NCBI GenBank assembly: GCA_964552235.1
Contig: CAZKGO010000001.1
Span: forward strand, 42,849-106,848
Source of the DNA: an uncultured Spirochaetales bacterium
Lineage (GTDB): Bacteria > Spirochaetota > Spirochaetia > SZUA-6 > CAVTHK01
DNA length: 64,000 nt
Reading direction: 5' to 3'
Part shown: one piece after another, positions 17,993 through 29,986 of the stretch
How positions within the stretch are numbered: position 1 is the first letter of the stretch
Layout: each line of letters starts with the position of its first letter
Position numbers and translations under genes: made by a program
The notes under the pieces: generated by a model
Told to the model about the DNA's origin: nothing
What the model saw: the letters and a program-made list of their open reading frames with translations, nothing else
Databases searched by the model: none

Positions 17993-19432
17993 ATGGAAAG
18001 GTTCGAAAAGGGCTCGTGGCTGAATCTGGCGCTGACCGGCGCGATCCTGGCCTTCGGGGTCGGAATGCTGGTCTCCTCGTGCACGCTCACACCGGCGAGC
18101 CGGCCGACCGCCGCAGCCGAGGAGGCTCCTGCCGTCCTCGTCGATCTGCAGTCGTCGTTCCGGCAGGTGGCCAGAAAGGTCACGGCGGCCGTGGTCGAGA
18201 TCGACGTGGAGCAGGTGGTCGAACAGAACGTCCCCCGCAGCCCCTTTGACTTCTTCTTCAGTCCGCGCGGTCCCGAGCAGTCGCCGCGGGAGTTCCGCAA
18301 CCAGGGCCTCGGTTCGGGCGTGCTGATCAGGCGGGACGGCCGCAAGGTCTACGTGCTGACCAACAACCACGTCGTCGGCGAGGCCGAGCAGATCGAGGTC
18401 AAGCTCAACGACGGGCGCAGCTTCAGGGCCCGGCTGGTGGGCGGGGATCCGCGCAAGGATCTCGCGCTGGTCGTCTTCGAGACCGCCGAGGAGGTCCCGC
18501 TGGCCGCGCTGGGCGATTCGGACCAGGTGCAGGTCGGCGACTGGGCTCTCGCCATAGGCAACCCCTTCGGCCTGGACTCGACGGTCACCGCCGGGATCAT
18601 CAGCGCGGTGGGCCGGCGGGGCGGTCCCGGGGAGAACATCAGCGAGTTCCTCCAGACCGACGCGGCCATCAGCCCGGGCAACTCCGGCGGCGCCCTGGTC
18701 AACATCTCGGGCGAGGTGATCGGCATCAACACGTGGATCGCGTCCAACACGGGCGCGAGCCAGGGATACGGCTTCGCGATCCCCATCAACTCGGCCCGCA
18801 AGGCGATCGACGATTTCGTCAAGCTGGGCCGCGTCGAGTACGCGTGGCTGGGCGTTCAGATTCAGACCGTGAACGCGACGATCGCCGCCGACCTGGGCGT
18901 CACGGGACGCAAGGGGGCGCTGATCACCCAGGTGTTCCGCGGCGCGCCCGCGGACAAGGGCGGGCTCGTCCCCGGCGACTTCGTGGTGGCGCTCAACGGA
19001 AAGGACGTGGCCGACCACCTGGACCTGACCGGCCGGCTCGGCGACCAGCCGCCGGGGCAGCAGGCGGACTTTGTGGTCCTGCGCCGGGGCAGGGAGGTGA
19101 GGCTCAGCATCCGGCTCGCCGTCCGGGAGGACGAGAAGGCGATCACGGCCCAGAACCGCAACTTGTGGCCCGGCCTGGCCGTGTTCCCGGTCACCGAGGA
19201 GGTGCGCGCCAGCCTCGGCCTCGAGGCCGCCGGCGGAGTCGTGGTCTACAGCGTCGTGGCCGATTCTCCCGGCGCGGCGGCGGGGTTCAAGGAGAACGAC
19301 CTGATCGTGAGCATGGGCGGCTCGCCGGTGCGGGGCCTGCGCGACTTCTACGAGAGGCTCGTCGAGCAGGCCAGGATCGCGGTCACGGTGCGCCGGTCGG
19401 GCGCCGACGTGACCCTGGAGCTCGTGCGGTGA
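17993..19432 (+). CDS. htrA: HtrA/DegP-family periplasmic serine protease with two PDZ domains
   Basis: N-terminal TM/signal, TNNHVV, DLALV and GNSGGALVN make up the catalytic triad context. Two PDZ-like segments follow. Confidence 0.9.
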   Translation: MERFEKGSWLNLALTGAILAFGVGMLVSSCTLTPASRPTAAAEEAPAVLVDLQSSFRQVARKVTAAVVEIDVEQVVEQNVPRSPFDFFFSPRGPEQSPREFRNQGLGSGVLIRRDGRKVYVLTNNHVVGEAEQIEVKLNDGRSFRARLVGGDPRKDLALVVFETAEEVPLAALGDSDQVQVGDWALAIGNPFGLDSTVTAGIISAVGRRGGPGENISEFLQTDAAISPGNSGGALVNISGEVIGINTWIASNTGASQGYGFAIPINSARKAIDDFVKLGRVEYAWLGVQIQTVNATIAADLGVTGRKGALITQVFRGAPADKGGLVPGDFVVALNGKDVADHLDLTGRLGDQPPGQQADFVVLRRGREVRLSIRLAVREDEKAITAQNRNLWPGLAVFPVTEEVRASLGLEAAGGVVVYSVVADSPGAAAGFKENDLIVSMGGSPVRGLRDFYERLVEQARIAVTVRRSGADVTLELVR

Positions 19433-20025
19433 ACAAGGAGTTCCTGCCCTACGAGACGGTGAGGGACAACGCCCTCAAGCTGGCTCACCGTATCCACGCC
19501 GACGGGTTCGAGCCGGACGTGATCTACGTGTCCCTGCGCGGGGGGGCCTACGTCGGCAACGTGATCAGCGAGTACTTCAAGGCGGTGCGCCGCGACAGGC
19601 ACCCGGTGTTCTACGCGGCGGTCGTGGCGTGGTCCTACACCGACATCAGCAAGCAGGAGCAAGTTCGCGTCGACGGCTGGACCTACGACCCCGCTCACCT
19701 GAGGCATGGTGACCGGATCATGCTCGTCGATGACATCTTCGACTCCGGCCGCACGATCAACCATCTGGTCAACGTGCTGCTCACCAGGGGGATCCCGCGG
19801 GCGGACATCAAGGTCGTCGTGCACGACTACAAGACGCGCACCTACTGCAGCGAACAGCCGATCCGTCCCGACTACTTCTGCCGCAGGCACGTGATCGCCA
19901 GGCCCGAAGACGATCTGTGGATCCACTACCTGAGCCACGAGCTGATCGGGCTGACCGACGAGGAAAAGCAGACCTACTACCTCTCGCGCGACCCCGGTCT
20001 CGCCGACGCCCTGCGTGCCCTGTAG
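19429..20025 (+). CDS. Phosphoribosyltransferase-family protein (purine PRT-like)
   Basis: Its GTG overlaps the htrA stop (GTGA). The PRPP-binding loop IMLVDDIFDSGRT is present. The listed longer ORF (18733) upstream part overlaps htrA out of frame. Confidence 0.75.
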   Translation: MNKEFLPYETVRDNALKLAHRIHADGFEPDVIYVSLRGGAYVGNVISEYFKAVRRDRHPVFYAAVVAWSYTDISKQEQVRVDGWTYDPAHLRHGDRIMLVDDIFDSGRTINHLVNVLLTRGIPRADIKVVVHDYKTRTYCSEQPIRPDYFCRRHVIARPEDDLWIHYLSHELIGLTDEEKQTYYLSRDPGLADALRAL

Positions 20026-20030
20026 CGCTC

Positions 20031-22085
20031 CTAGGTTTCGGCGGCGGCTTCGGCCTTGGCGGCCTTGATTACCTCTTCGGCCGTCCGGCCCGTGACCGGC
20101 TCGTAGTGGTCGAATGAGATCTCGAAGGACGCCGTTCCCGAAGTCATTGACTTGAGGTCGATCGAGTAGCGCTGCAGCTCAGCCTGGGGGACCTGCGCGC
20201 GGACCACCTGCAGAGCGCCCACGGCCTCCTGGCCGAGGACGCGTCCCCTGCGGGAGCTCAGGTCGGAAAGCACGTCACCCAGGTACTGCTCGTCGACCAG
20301 GACCTCGAGGTTCATGATCGGCTCCAGCAGCACCGGCGAGGCCTTTTCCATGCACGCCCGCAGCGCGCCCCGGGCCGCCAGCTTGAACGCCATTTCGGAG
20401 GAATCGACCGGGTGCTCCTTGCCGTCGACGATCTTGGCCTCGATGTCGACAACCGGGTAGCCGGCCAGTATCCCCTGCTCCATGCCTTCGAGGATGCCCT
20501 TTTCCACGCCCGGCACGTAGCCCTTGGAGATCGCGCCGCCGAAGATCGCGTTCACGAAGTTGAAGTGCTTGCCCCGCTCGAGGGGGGCGACCTCCAGGAC
20601 CACCTTGGCGTACTGGCCGTGGCCCCCGGTCTGCTTCTTGTGCTGGTACTCGGCCCCCGCGCTGCGGGTCACGGTCTCCCGGTAGGCCACCTTGGGCAGC
20701 TTGGTGTTGACCTCGATCTTGTTGGTCCTGCGGATCCCGTCGAGAAGGATGTTGAGCTGGAGTTCGCCCATGGTCGACAGGACGTTCTCCCGTGTCTCCT
20801 TGTTGTATACCAGCTTGATCGACGGGTCCTCTTCGCAGGCCCTGTTGATGAGCTGGTTCAGCTTGTCCTCGTCCTTCTTGTTCACGGCCGAGATCGCCAC
20901 CGCGTGGACCGGCTGCGGCAGCGCGATCGGCGGATACTCGATGACCGAGCCCGGCTCGCCCAGCGTGTCGTTGGTCGAGACCGAGTCGAGCTTGAGCAGG
21001 ACGCCGAGGTCGCCGGCGAGCAGCTCGGTGGCCTCCTCGATCTTCTTGCCCTGGCAGGTGTAGATCTTACCGGCCTTTTCCCGGTTGCCCGACCGGTAGT
21101 TGATGATCTCGCTGTCCGATGCGAGGCGGCCGCTCATGACCTTCACGAACGACAGCCGGCCGGAGAACTGGTCGAGGGCGGTCTTGAAGACGAAGCACGA
21201 CAGCGGCTCGTTGCGCGAGAGGCTGCGGGCGACCTCCTGGCCGCCGGAATGCCCCTTGTTCTCGCCTCCGGGAGCCGGCGCCGACGAAGAAACAAAGTCG
21301 AGCAGGGGCGGCAGCCCCGCGTCCTGCAGCGCCGCGCCGCAGAAGACCGGAACGCACTTGCCGGCGGCCAGCGCCGCGCGCAGCCCCCGGCGGATCTCCT
21401 CGTCCGAGAGCGTCTCCTCGCCCAGGTACTTCTCCATCAGGCTGTCTTCGCCGTCGGCTGCAGCTTCGACCACCGCCATGCGCGCCGCCTCGGCCTCTTC
21501 CCGGGCAGCCGCGGGCACGTCCCCCGCGGCCCCGCCGCGGAACGCCTTCATCGACAGCAGATCCACGACCCCCTCGAAGGTGGACGCCGCCCCCAGCGGG
21601 ATCGTGATGGGCACGAAGTTCACCTTGAAGCGCTCCCGCAGCGCGGCCACCGTCTTGTCGAAGTCGGCGTGCTCCTTGTCCATCTTGTTCACAAAGACGA
21701 TCCGCGGCCTGCTCATCTGGTCGAGCCTGCGCCAGACCTTGATCGTCTCGATCTGGACGCCGGCCTCGGCGGCCACGACGACGATGGCGCTTTCGGCCAC
21801 CCGCAGCGCCGCCAGCACCTCGCCGATGAAGTCGCTGGAGCCCGGCGTGTCGAGGATGTTCACCTTGGCCCCGCCCCAGTCGATGTGGGTCAGGGACGTG
21901 CGGATCGATATCCCCCGGGAGATCTCCTCGTCGAGGGTGTCGCTCACCGTCTTTCCGCTCTCCACCGGCTCGGGGCGCTCGATCACCTTGGCCGCGGCCA
22001 GGATGTGCTCGACCAGCGAAGTCTTGCCCGTGGCACCGTGACCGACCACGGCGACGTTGCGGATCGCTTCGGTTGACACACCCAT
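20031..22085 (-). CDS. EF-G-II-type elongation factor G paralogue (no catalytic His)
   Basis: Five-domain EF-G architecture, with G1 GHGATGKT and G4 NKMD. G3 reads DTPGSSDF instead of [16 protein letters not shown] and a C-terminal domain resemble my recollection of Thermus EF-G-2. Confidence 0.85.
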   Translation of the reverse strand: MGVSTEAIRNVAVVGHGATGKTSLVEHILAAAKVIERPEPVESGKTVSDTLDEEISRGISIRTSLTHIDWGGAKVNILDTPGSSDFIGEVLAALRVAESAIVVVAAEAGVQIETIKVWRRLDQMSRPRIVFVNKMDKEHADFDKTVAALRERFKVNFVPITIPLGAASTFEGVVDLLSMKAFRGGAAGDVPAAAREEAEAARMAVVEAAADGEDSLMEKYLGEETLSDEEIRRGLRAALAAGKCVPVFCGAALQDAGLPPLLDFVSSSAPAPGGENKGHSGGQEVARSLSRNEPLSCFVFKTALDQFSGRLSFVKVMSGRLASDSEIINYRSGNREKAGKIYTCQGKKIEEATELLAGDLGVLLKLDSVSTNDTLGEPGSVIEYPPIALPQPVHAVAISAVNKKDEDKLNQLINRACEEDPSIKLVYNKETRENVLSTMGELQLNILLDGIRRTNKIEVNTKLPKVAYRETVTRSAGAEYQHKKQTGGHGQYAKVVLEVAPLERGKHFNFVNAIFGGAISKGYVPGVEKGILEGMEQGILAGYPVVDIEAKIVDGKEHPVDSSEMAFKLAARGALRACMEKASPVLLEPIMNLEVLVDEQYLGDVLSDLSSRRGRVLGQEAVGALQVVRAQVPQAELQRYSIDLKSMTSGTASFEISFDHYEPVTGRTAEEVIKAAKAEAAAET

Positions 22086-22139
22086 AGACAGAGCTCCTTG
22101 GGACCAGTACGAAATACCGGCTTGAAATGGTGGACTGCC

Positions 22140-22168
22140 ACTATAGCGACGCCGTACCCCTCTGTCAA
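22140..22168 (-). promoter_or_regulatory. sigma70-type promoter for the EF-G-II paralogue
   Basis: On the minus strand: TTGACA (22168-22163), a 17-nt spacer, then TATAGT (22145-22140). A leader of about 48 nt with AAGGAG precedes the ATG at 22085. Confidence 0.65.
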
Positions 22169-22170
22169 CG

Positions 22171-22193
22171 AAACCCGGCCGCGGGGGCGGCCG
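22171..22193 (-). terminator. Possible intrinsic terminator after the upstream EF-G gene
   Basis: On the minus strand: CGGCCGC-CCCC-GCGGCCG (7-bp GC stem) followed by GGTTTC. The U-tract is short. Confidence 0.35.
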
Positions 22194-22217
22194 CTGCCCC
22201 CAACCCGGCGGGACGGG

Positions 22218-24266
<2,049 letters not shown>

Positions 24267-24432
24267 GGCTTTCTCCGGGCACCGATACTAACACGGAGCC
24301 CGAGGCGAGGGAATGGGACCGACTGCTGCGCTTGCGGCCGCCTCCGGGGTGAACGAAGCCTGACCGGCCGAGCAGGCACGACGCGAGGCGGGTCCTCCGC
24401 TGCCTCTGGCCTGAGCGGGAGGCCTGCCGCCA

Positions 24433-25659
24433 GTGGAGTACCCGCAACGAGAGGTCTCGCCTGGACGGGAGGCGAGGATGGTGGCGCTTCGGGCTGGTGT
24501 GGCTGCCGGGGCAATGGGCCTCTCAGCCGCCTCCGCCCCGGGGTGGGCCGAGCAGGACGGACAGAAGCTCATCGAGCGGACGACGGCGGCCTGCGCCGAT
24601 GCCTTGCTGCGCGCAGGCATAGGGCCCCATGACGTCGCTGCCGTCGGCTCCTCGACCCAGCGAACCATCGCAGGGCCCGTGGACCGCTCGCGCGGGCTCT
24701 TGCGGCCCTTGATCTTGCGGCAGGATACCCGCTCCGCAAAGGAGGTCGCCGGGATGTGCGAGCACATCGCCGCGGACGCCTGCCGCGCGATCACGGCGAT
24801 CCCGCCGGGACCCGGCCTGATCGCCTTCAGGCTGCTCTGGATGAGGAAGCATGAGCCGTCGATCAACGAGGCTGCCTGCAAGGTGACTCAGAACCAGGAC
24901 CTCATTCTGCGCGCCATCGGCGTCGACGGCTACTTCTGGCACCGCCCCGTGATGGCGTCCGGCGGCGCTGGGAACGCCCGCCGATGCGCGCAAAGCGACC
25001 GCCTCACGAGGCTCTTCGACATCTCACCGGGGCTGTTCGCTGCGCCGACGAGGCGGGGCACGCGGATGGGCACGGTTTCGGCCTCTGGGCCAGGACACGG
25101 GTTTTTGCCGAGGTCACGCCCGTCTGCGTCGGCGCCGACGACCAAGAGCTGCGCCGTCGTCGCCATGACCGGGGCCAGCGCGTACGAGTGGCTTCTCCGT
25201 ACGCTCGGGCTTCCCGAACTGGAGATGCAGAACCGGAAAGGCGGCAGCGCGCACGACATCCTGAACGAGGTTGAAGCGCAGACGCGCCCGGCAGCCGGGG
25301 CCTGCTGTTCCACCCGTTCCTCAGCGGCGCGGGCGCCCCTCACTTGAGACCGGACGCTCGAGCCGCCCGGGGTCGGACTGTCGACGGCCCGCTGCCGCGC
25401 CGAGACGGTGCGCTCCGTGATGGAGGCTGTAGCCCTCGAGATGAGGGAAATCATGAGCCTGTGGCAACGGAGCGGAGTCGAGGTCCAGGAGTTGAGGATA
25501 GGCGAAGGGGGCCACGCCGTGACGTCGGCCCTTGGGGCCGCGATCCTGGCCGGCGTCGGCATCTTCGACTCCAGACAGCGGGGAGTTGCGGAGATGGTCC
25601 ACCTCAGCAGGGTAATCGAGACCGATGCCAGGGCCCGGTCGATCTACGAGCGGATCTAG
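24433..25659 (+). pseudogene. Decayed FGGY-family carbohydrate kinase (xylulokinase/glycerol-kinase-like)
   Basis: FGGY-like blocks are spread over three frames: GWAEQDGQ...LRPLILRQDTRS...LLWMRKHEP (frame of 24433), TPVCVGADDQ (frame of 24984), GLLFHPFLSGAGAPH, and VMEAVALEMREI...ALGAAILAGVG (25408 ORF). The N-terminal ATP-binding motif and part of the C-domain are missing. Confidence 0.6.
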
Positions 25660-25733
25660 GACGTGTCGCAAGACCGGCGCCGGATTGAGCCTGGAGTCAT
25701 ATGCGGCGCTGGCGGCGGCGCACGCCTGCGGGC

Positions 25734-25764
25734 AAAAGCAGCCGGGGCATCGCCGCCGCCCCGG
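25734..25764 (-). terminator. Intrinsic terminator downstream of tRNA-Leu
   Basis: On the minus strand: CCGGGGC-(9 nt)-GCCCCGG, then CTGCTTTT. Confidence 0.5.
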
Positions 25765-25765
25765 T

Positions 25766-25850
25766 TGCCGGAGGCGGGACTCGGACCCGCACGCCCCTTG
25801 CGGGGCAGGGGATTTTAAGTCCCCAGTGTCTGCCTTTCCACCACTCCGGC
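25766..25850 (-). tRNA. tRNA-Leu (anticodon UAA), class II with a long variable arm; CCA not encoded
   Basis: Hand-folded: acceptor GCCGGAG/CTCCGGC, anticodon stem GGGGA/TCCCC with loop CTTAAAA. Variable arm TGCCCCGCAAGGGGCGT, T-stem GCGGG/CCCGC with loop TCCGAGT, and discriminator A. Confidence 0.88.
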
Positions 25851-25859
25851 CTCGCGGCG

Positions 25860-25889
25860 ACTATAGCCGCGCCCGCTGCCGCCGGTCAA
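25860..25889 (-). promoter_or_regulatory. sigma70-type promoter for tRNA-Leu
   Basis: On the minus strand: TTGACC (25889-25884), an 18-nt spacer, then TATAGT (25865-25860). The tRNA 5' end is 9 nt further on. Confidence 0.6.
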
Positions 25890-25919
25890 CGACGCGGTCG
25901 TCCCGGGCCCTCGCGGCGG

Positions 25920-25947
25920 TTGACATGCGCTTGGCGTGCGGTAGACT
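25920..25947 (+). promoter_or_regulatory. sigma70-type promoter, leaderless configuration (metallophosphoesterase gene)
   Basis: TTGACA (25920-25925), a 16-nt spacer, TAGACT (25942-25947), then ATG at 25957 only 9 nt later with no SD. Confidence 0.5.
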
Positions 25948-25956
25948 TAGGCTCCC

Positions 25957-26973
25957 ATGGCAACCGTTCGCGACCAGCTGCTGCGGATTCTCGAACGCGA
26001 CGCTCTGCTCGCCCCGCAGGACTACGCCGCCCTGCTTGACGAGGTGAACGACGCCCTGGAGAACGAGCCCGAGGAGCTGCGGCCCCGCGATCCGGCGGGC
26101 CGCAGCGGGGGGCTGATACAGCTGGCTGGCGGCGTCGAGACCCTGCTGCTGCCCGACCTGCACGGAAGGACCGACTTTCTGCTGAAGATCCTCCTCGCGG
26201 AGGAGTGGGACGCGCTGGCGCGCATGCAGGAGGGGCGGCTTCAGGTCGTGTGCGTCGGCGACGGGTTCCACGGCGAGGCGCGGGCCTACCGCCGCTGGCA
26301 GGAGGCCTACTCGGAGTGGCAGACCGGCTGGCAGCATCACTCGGCGATAGACGAGGAGATGATCGAGAGCCTCGGTGTCATGGAGACCGTCATGCGGGTC
26401 AAGCTCGCCGCCCCGCAGCAGTTCCACTTTCTCAAGGGCAACCACGAGAACATCTCCAACGAGCTCGGCGGCGGCAACTACCCGTTCGTCAAGTTCGTCG
26501 AAGAGGGCGAGATGGTGGCGAGCTACGTGCGGCACTTCCTCGGCGCGGAGTTCCTCGACGCCTACTACCGCTTCGAGAAGAACCTGCCGCTGGTCGCCGT
26601 CGGCGACACGTTCGTCGTTTCGCACGCGGAGCCGATCCGGCCCTTTGCCCGCGAGGAGATCGTCGCGTACCGCGACCGCGAAGACGTGGTGGCGGGCCTC
26701 ACCTGGACCGACAACGACCGGGCGCGGCGGGGCAGCGTGGCCGGGACGCTGGCGGCGCTCCTCGGAAGCGAGCGCGCCGAGCAGGCCTACTATTTCGGGG
26801 GGCATCGGCCTGTCAGCGGCTTGTTCCACGCCCGCGCCGGCGGCCGCTTCATTCAGTTCCACAATCCCGATCGCCGCGTGGTGGTGCGAATCGTCCCGGG
26901 GCAGCCGATCGACCCTCGCCGGGATATCGTGGACGCCGATGCCGTCGGGCCCGAGACTCCGCGGCCCGAGTAG
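25957..26973 (+). CDS. Calcineurin-like metallophosphoesterase (PPP-like)
   Basis: LLLPDLHGR, VCVGDGFHGE and LKGNHEN motifs are present. The second motif deviates from GDxxDRG. Confidence 0.75.
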   Translation: MATVRDQLLRILERDALLAPQDYAALLDEVNDALENEPEELRPRDPAGRSGGLIQLAGGVETLLLPDLHGRTDFLLKILLAEEWDALARMQEGRLQVVCVGDGFHGEARAYRRWQEAYSEWQTGWQHHSAIDEEMIESLGVMETVMRVKLAAPQQFHFLKGNHENISNELGGGNYPFVKFVEEGEMVASYVRHFLGAEFLDAYYRFEKNLPLVAVGDTFVVSHAEPIRPFAREEIVAYRDREDVVAGLTWTDNDRARRGSVAGTLAALLGSERAEQAYYFGGHRPVSGLFHARAGGRFIQFHNPDRRVVVRIVPGQPIDPRRDIVDADAVGPETPRPE

Positions 26974-26979
26974 AGCCCC

Positions 26980-27435
26980 ATGCGCTGCGTGATCCAGAGA
27001 GTCAAGCGCGCCAGCGTCGCGGTGGGCGAGCGCGTCGTCGGTGAGATCGGTCCGGGCCTGCTCGTTCTGGCCGGATTCGTGGACGACGACGCCGACGCGG
27101 ACCTCGAGTGGATGGCGCGCAAGATCGTGCGGCTGCGGGTGTTCGACGACGAGCAGGGCGTGATGAACCGCAGCGTCGCCGAGACCGGCGGCGGCATCCT
27201 GGCCGTGAGCCAGTTCACGCTCTACGCGGACCTGCGCAAGGGCAACCGGCCTTCGTACCACAGGGCGTCGGGTGCCGAGCGGGCTGCAGGCCGCTACGAG
27301 CAGTTCCTGGCGGCCCTCGGCCGGGAGCTGGGGCGGCCCGCGGCCCGCGGCGAGTTCGGCGCCGAGATGGCGGTGTCGCTGGTCAACGACGGCCCGGTCA
27401 CGATCATCGTTTCCAGCCGCGAAGAGATGCTGTAG
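26980..27435 (+). CDS. dtd: D-aminoacyl-tRNA deacylase
   Basis: MRCVIQRV, GLLVLAGF, SQFTLYAD..KGNRPSY and NDGPVT are present. Confidence 0.93.
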   Translation: MRCVIQRVKRASVAVGERVVGEIGPGLLVLAGFVDDDADADLEWMARKIVRLRVFDDEQGVMNRSVAETGGGILAVSQFTLYADLRKGNRPSYHRASGAERAAGRYEQFLAALGRELGRPAARGEFGAEMAVSLVNDGPVTIIVSSREEML

Positions 27436-27474
27436 CGACTGGCCCCGCGGGTCCGCCCGCAGCCTGGTTCCGCT

Positions 27475-29814
27475 TCAGAAGATCTTCGCCACGACCTCGT
27501 CCATCGTCTCGACGGGGTGGAAGCGCAGGCCCTTGCGGACGTGCTCGGGGATCTCATCGAGGTCCTTCTCATTGCCCCTGGGGATGAGGATGTCGCGGAT
27601 GCGGTTGCGCTTGGCCGCGATGGTCTTTTCCTTGAGGCCGCCGATCGGCAGCACCCGTCCGACCAGCGAAAGCTCGCCGGTCATGGCGACGTTGGCCCGG
27701 ATCCGCCGGCCCGTGGCCAGCGACAGCAGGGCCGCCGCCATCGTGATGCCCGCAGACGGGCCGTCCTTGGGCGTCGCGCCGGCGGGGATGTGCAGGTGTA
27801 TCTGGTGCGACTCGAAGAACTTCGCGTCGACCTTCCAGGCGCCGGCGGCCTGGCGCACCCAGGTGTAGGCGATGCTGGCGCTCTCCTGCATCACTTCGCC
27901 CATCTGGCCCGTGATCTTGAAGCCTTCTTTGCCGGGGTTGGCCACCGCCTCGATCGTGAGTGTGGCGCCGCCGAGCTGGGTCCAGGCCAGCCCCACGGCC
28001 ATGCCCGGCTTGAGGGCGGGCAGGTGCTCCAGGTCCTCGGCGAAGACTGGTTTGCCCAGGTACCCGGCGAGGTCCTTGGCGTCGATCCGCAGGGGCGGCT
28101 TCACCTCCCCGAGGACGCTCTGCTTGGCCACCTTGCGGTGGATCTTGTCGAGGGATTTCTCGTAGTTGCGCAGGCCCGACTCGCGGGCGTAGTCGCGGGC
28201 GATGGCCGACAGGGCTCGCTGCGTGTAGACGACGGCTCCCCTGGAAAGTCCCGCCCGCTCGAGGCTGCGCGGGATCAGGTAGCGCCTCGCGATGGCGATT
28301 TTCTCCCCCTCGATGTAGCCCGAGAGGCGGATGGTCTCCATGCGGTCCAGCAGCGGCGCCGGAATGCTGTCGGAGGTGTTGGCCGTGGTGATGAACAGGA
28401 TCTGGGACACGTCAAAGGGCAGGTCGAGGTAGTGGTCCCGAAAGGCCACGTTCTGCTCGGGGTCGAGCACTTCGAGCAGCGCCGAAGACGGGTCGCCCTG
28501 GAACGAGGCCCCGAGCTTGTCGATCTCGTCGATCATGAAGACCGGATCCTTGGTCTTCACGATCCTGAGGCCCTGGATGATCTTGCCCGGCATCGCCCCG
28601 ACGTAGGTGCGGCGATGGCCCTTGATCTCGGCTTCGTCGCGCATGCCGCCCACGGAGAAACGGAAGAACTGCTTGCCGAGGGCGCGGGCGATCGACTTGC
28701 CGACCGACGTCTTGCCCACGCCGGGAGGGCCGACGAGGCAGAGGATCGAGCCCTTGGTGTCGCGCCGCAGCTTGCGCACCGCTATGAACTCCAGGATGCG
28801 CTCCTTGACGTCCTCCAGCCCGTAGTGATCGGCGTCGAGGACCCGTCGCGCGTGCTGCATGTCGATATCCCGAGGGGCCGGATCATTCCAGGGCAGCGAC
28901 ACGATCGTTTCCAGGTAGTTGCGCGTGACGATGAACTCCGAGGAGTTGGGGTCCATGAGCGAGAACTTTTCCAGCTCCTGCGCCACGGGCTCCCTGATCT
29001 CGCCCTGGAGATCCAGCCGCTCGAAGGCCGCCTTGAGCCGCTCGTACTCCTGGCTCTTGGCATCGGTCGGCAGGCCGAGCTCCTGCTTGATCGCCTTCAT
29101 CTGCTCCTTGAGAAAGAACTCGCGCTGGCTCTTGGAGATCTTCTCGTTGATCTGCTCCTGGATCTTCTTCTGGATCCGCAGCAGCTCCTGTTCCTTGTGG
29201 ATGAGGATGAGGGCCCTCTCCATGCGCTTGTGCACGTCCACCATTTCGAGCATCTCCTGCTGCTCGGAGCGCTGGACGTTGAGGATGCTGGCCACGAAGT
29301 CGGCGATCTTGCCGGGATGGTCGATGTTGACCATGCTCACCCGCATCTCCTCGGTGAACAGCGGGTTGTTCTCGGAGATCTTGCGCATCTCGGCGACGAG
29401 GGCGCGGGTGAGCGCCTTGACCTCGAGCGAGTCGAGGTTCTCGTCCTCCAGGTACTCCACGCCGGCCGCGAGGGGGGCGGCGTCCGACAGGAACTTCATG
29501 ACGCGGAAGCGCTTGACGGTCTGGATGAAGATGTTGATCCCGCCGTCGGGCAGGTTGATCTTGCGGACGATCTTGGCCGCCGTGCCCACGAGGTACAGGT
29601 CGTTGGGAGCGGGCTTGCGGTTTTCCTCGTCCTTGGTGAGCAGCAGCCCGACGTAGCCGGTGCCCGACAGGGCGGTCTCGGCGGTCTTGACGTCGTCGGG
29701 GTCGTTGAGGAGGAACGGGGTAAAGATGCCGGGAAAGATCGGCCGCCCGGTCAGGGTGATGATGTGCAGCTTGATGGGCAATATCTGGTCTGCCGGTACG
29801 ATCTGTGTGGACAT
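27475..29814 (-). CDS. lon: ATP-dependent Lon protease
   Basis: LON N-domain, Walker [10 protein letters not shown], and the protease motif PKDGPSAG with a downstream Lys, at 779 aa. Confidence 0.97.
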   Translation of the reverse strand: MSTQIVPADQILPIKLHIITLTGRPIFPGIFTPFLLNDPDDVKTAETALSGTGYVGLLLTKDEENRKPAPNDLYLVGTAAKIVRKINLPDGGINIFIQTVKRFRVMKFLSDAAPLAAGVEYLEDENLDSLEVKALTRALVAEMRKISENNPLFTEEMRVSMVNIDHPGKIADFVASILNVQRSEQQEMLEMVDVHKRMERALILIHKEQELLRIQKKIQEQINEKISKSQREFFLKEQMKAIKQELGLPTDAKSQEYERLKAAFERLDLQGEIREPVAQELEKFSLMDPNSSEFIVTRNYLETIVSLPWNDPAPRDIDMQHARRVLDADHYGLEDVKERILEFIAVRKLRRDTKGSILCLVGPPGVGKTSVGKSIARALGKQFFRFSVGGMRDEAEIKGHRRTYVGAMPGKIIQGLRIVKTKDPVFMIDEIDKLGASFQGDPSSALLEVLDPEQNVAFRDHYLDLPFDVSQILFITTANTSDSIPAPLLDRMETIRLSGYIEGEKIAIARRYLIPRSLERAGLSRGAVVYTQRALSAIARDYARESGLRNYEKSLDKIHRKVAKQSVLGEVKPPLRIDAKDLAGYLGKPVFAEDLEHLPALKPGMAVGLAWTQLGGATLTIEAVANPGKEGFKITGQMGEVMQESASIAYTWVRQAAGAWKVDAKFFESHQIHLHIPAGATPKDGPSAGITMAAALLSLATGRRIRANVAMTGELSLVGRVLPIGGLKEKTIAAKRNRIRDILIPRGNEKDLDEIPEHVRKGLRFHPVETMDEVVAKIF

Positions 29815-29948
29815 GGTCCCCCTCCAGGCGCAATATACTGCGGCCCCTGCCGCCCGCGGCGGCCGCTCGCGCCCCTGGTGCTGTAATACTCACGGCGGGT
29901 GCCTCCGGGCAAGTGCGGCGCCGGCGCCCCGTGACGCCCCGCCCTCGC

Positions 29949-29978
29949 TTTGACAAAGCTCCGGACGATGTGGTTCAA
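29949..29978 (+). promoter_or_regulatory. sigma70-type promoter for the recO operon, near-leaderless
   Basis: TTGACA (29949-29954), an 18-nt spacer, TTCAAT (29973-29978), then GTG at 29987 only 8 nt later. Confidence 0.45.
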
Positions 29979-29986
29979 TCGCAGAG

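Noticed and set aside
16817-19018. 733-aa minus-strand ORF across map and htrA
   Set aside because: Shadow ORF; the plus-strand genes are unambiguous.
27517-29886. 789-aa plus-strand ORF opposite lon
   Set aside because: Antisense shadow of an unmistakable Lon protease gene.
29815-29948. Heat-shock control element (CIRCE or sigma32-type promoter) upstream of lon
   Set aside because: There is no TTAGCACTC-N9-GAGTGCTAA-like inverted repeat and no convincing CTTGAAA/CCCCATnT pair, only weak sigma70-like hexamers.
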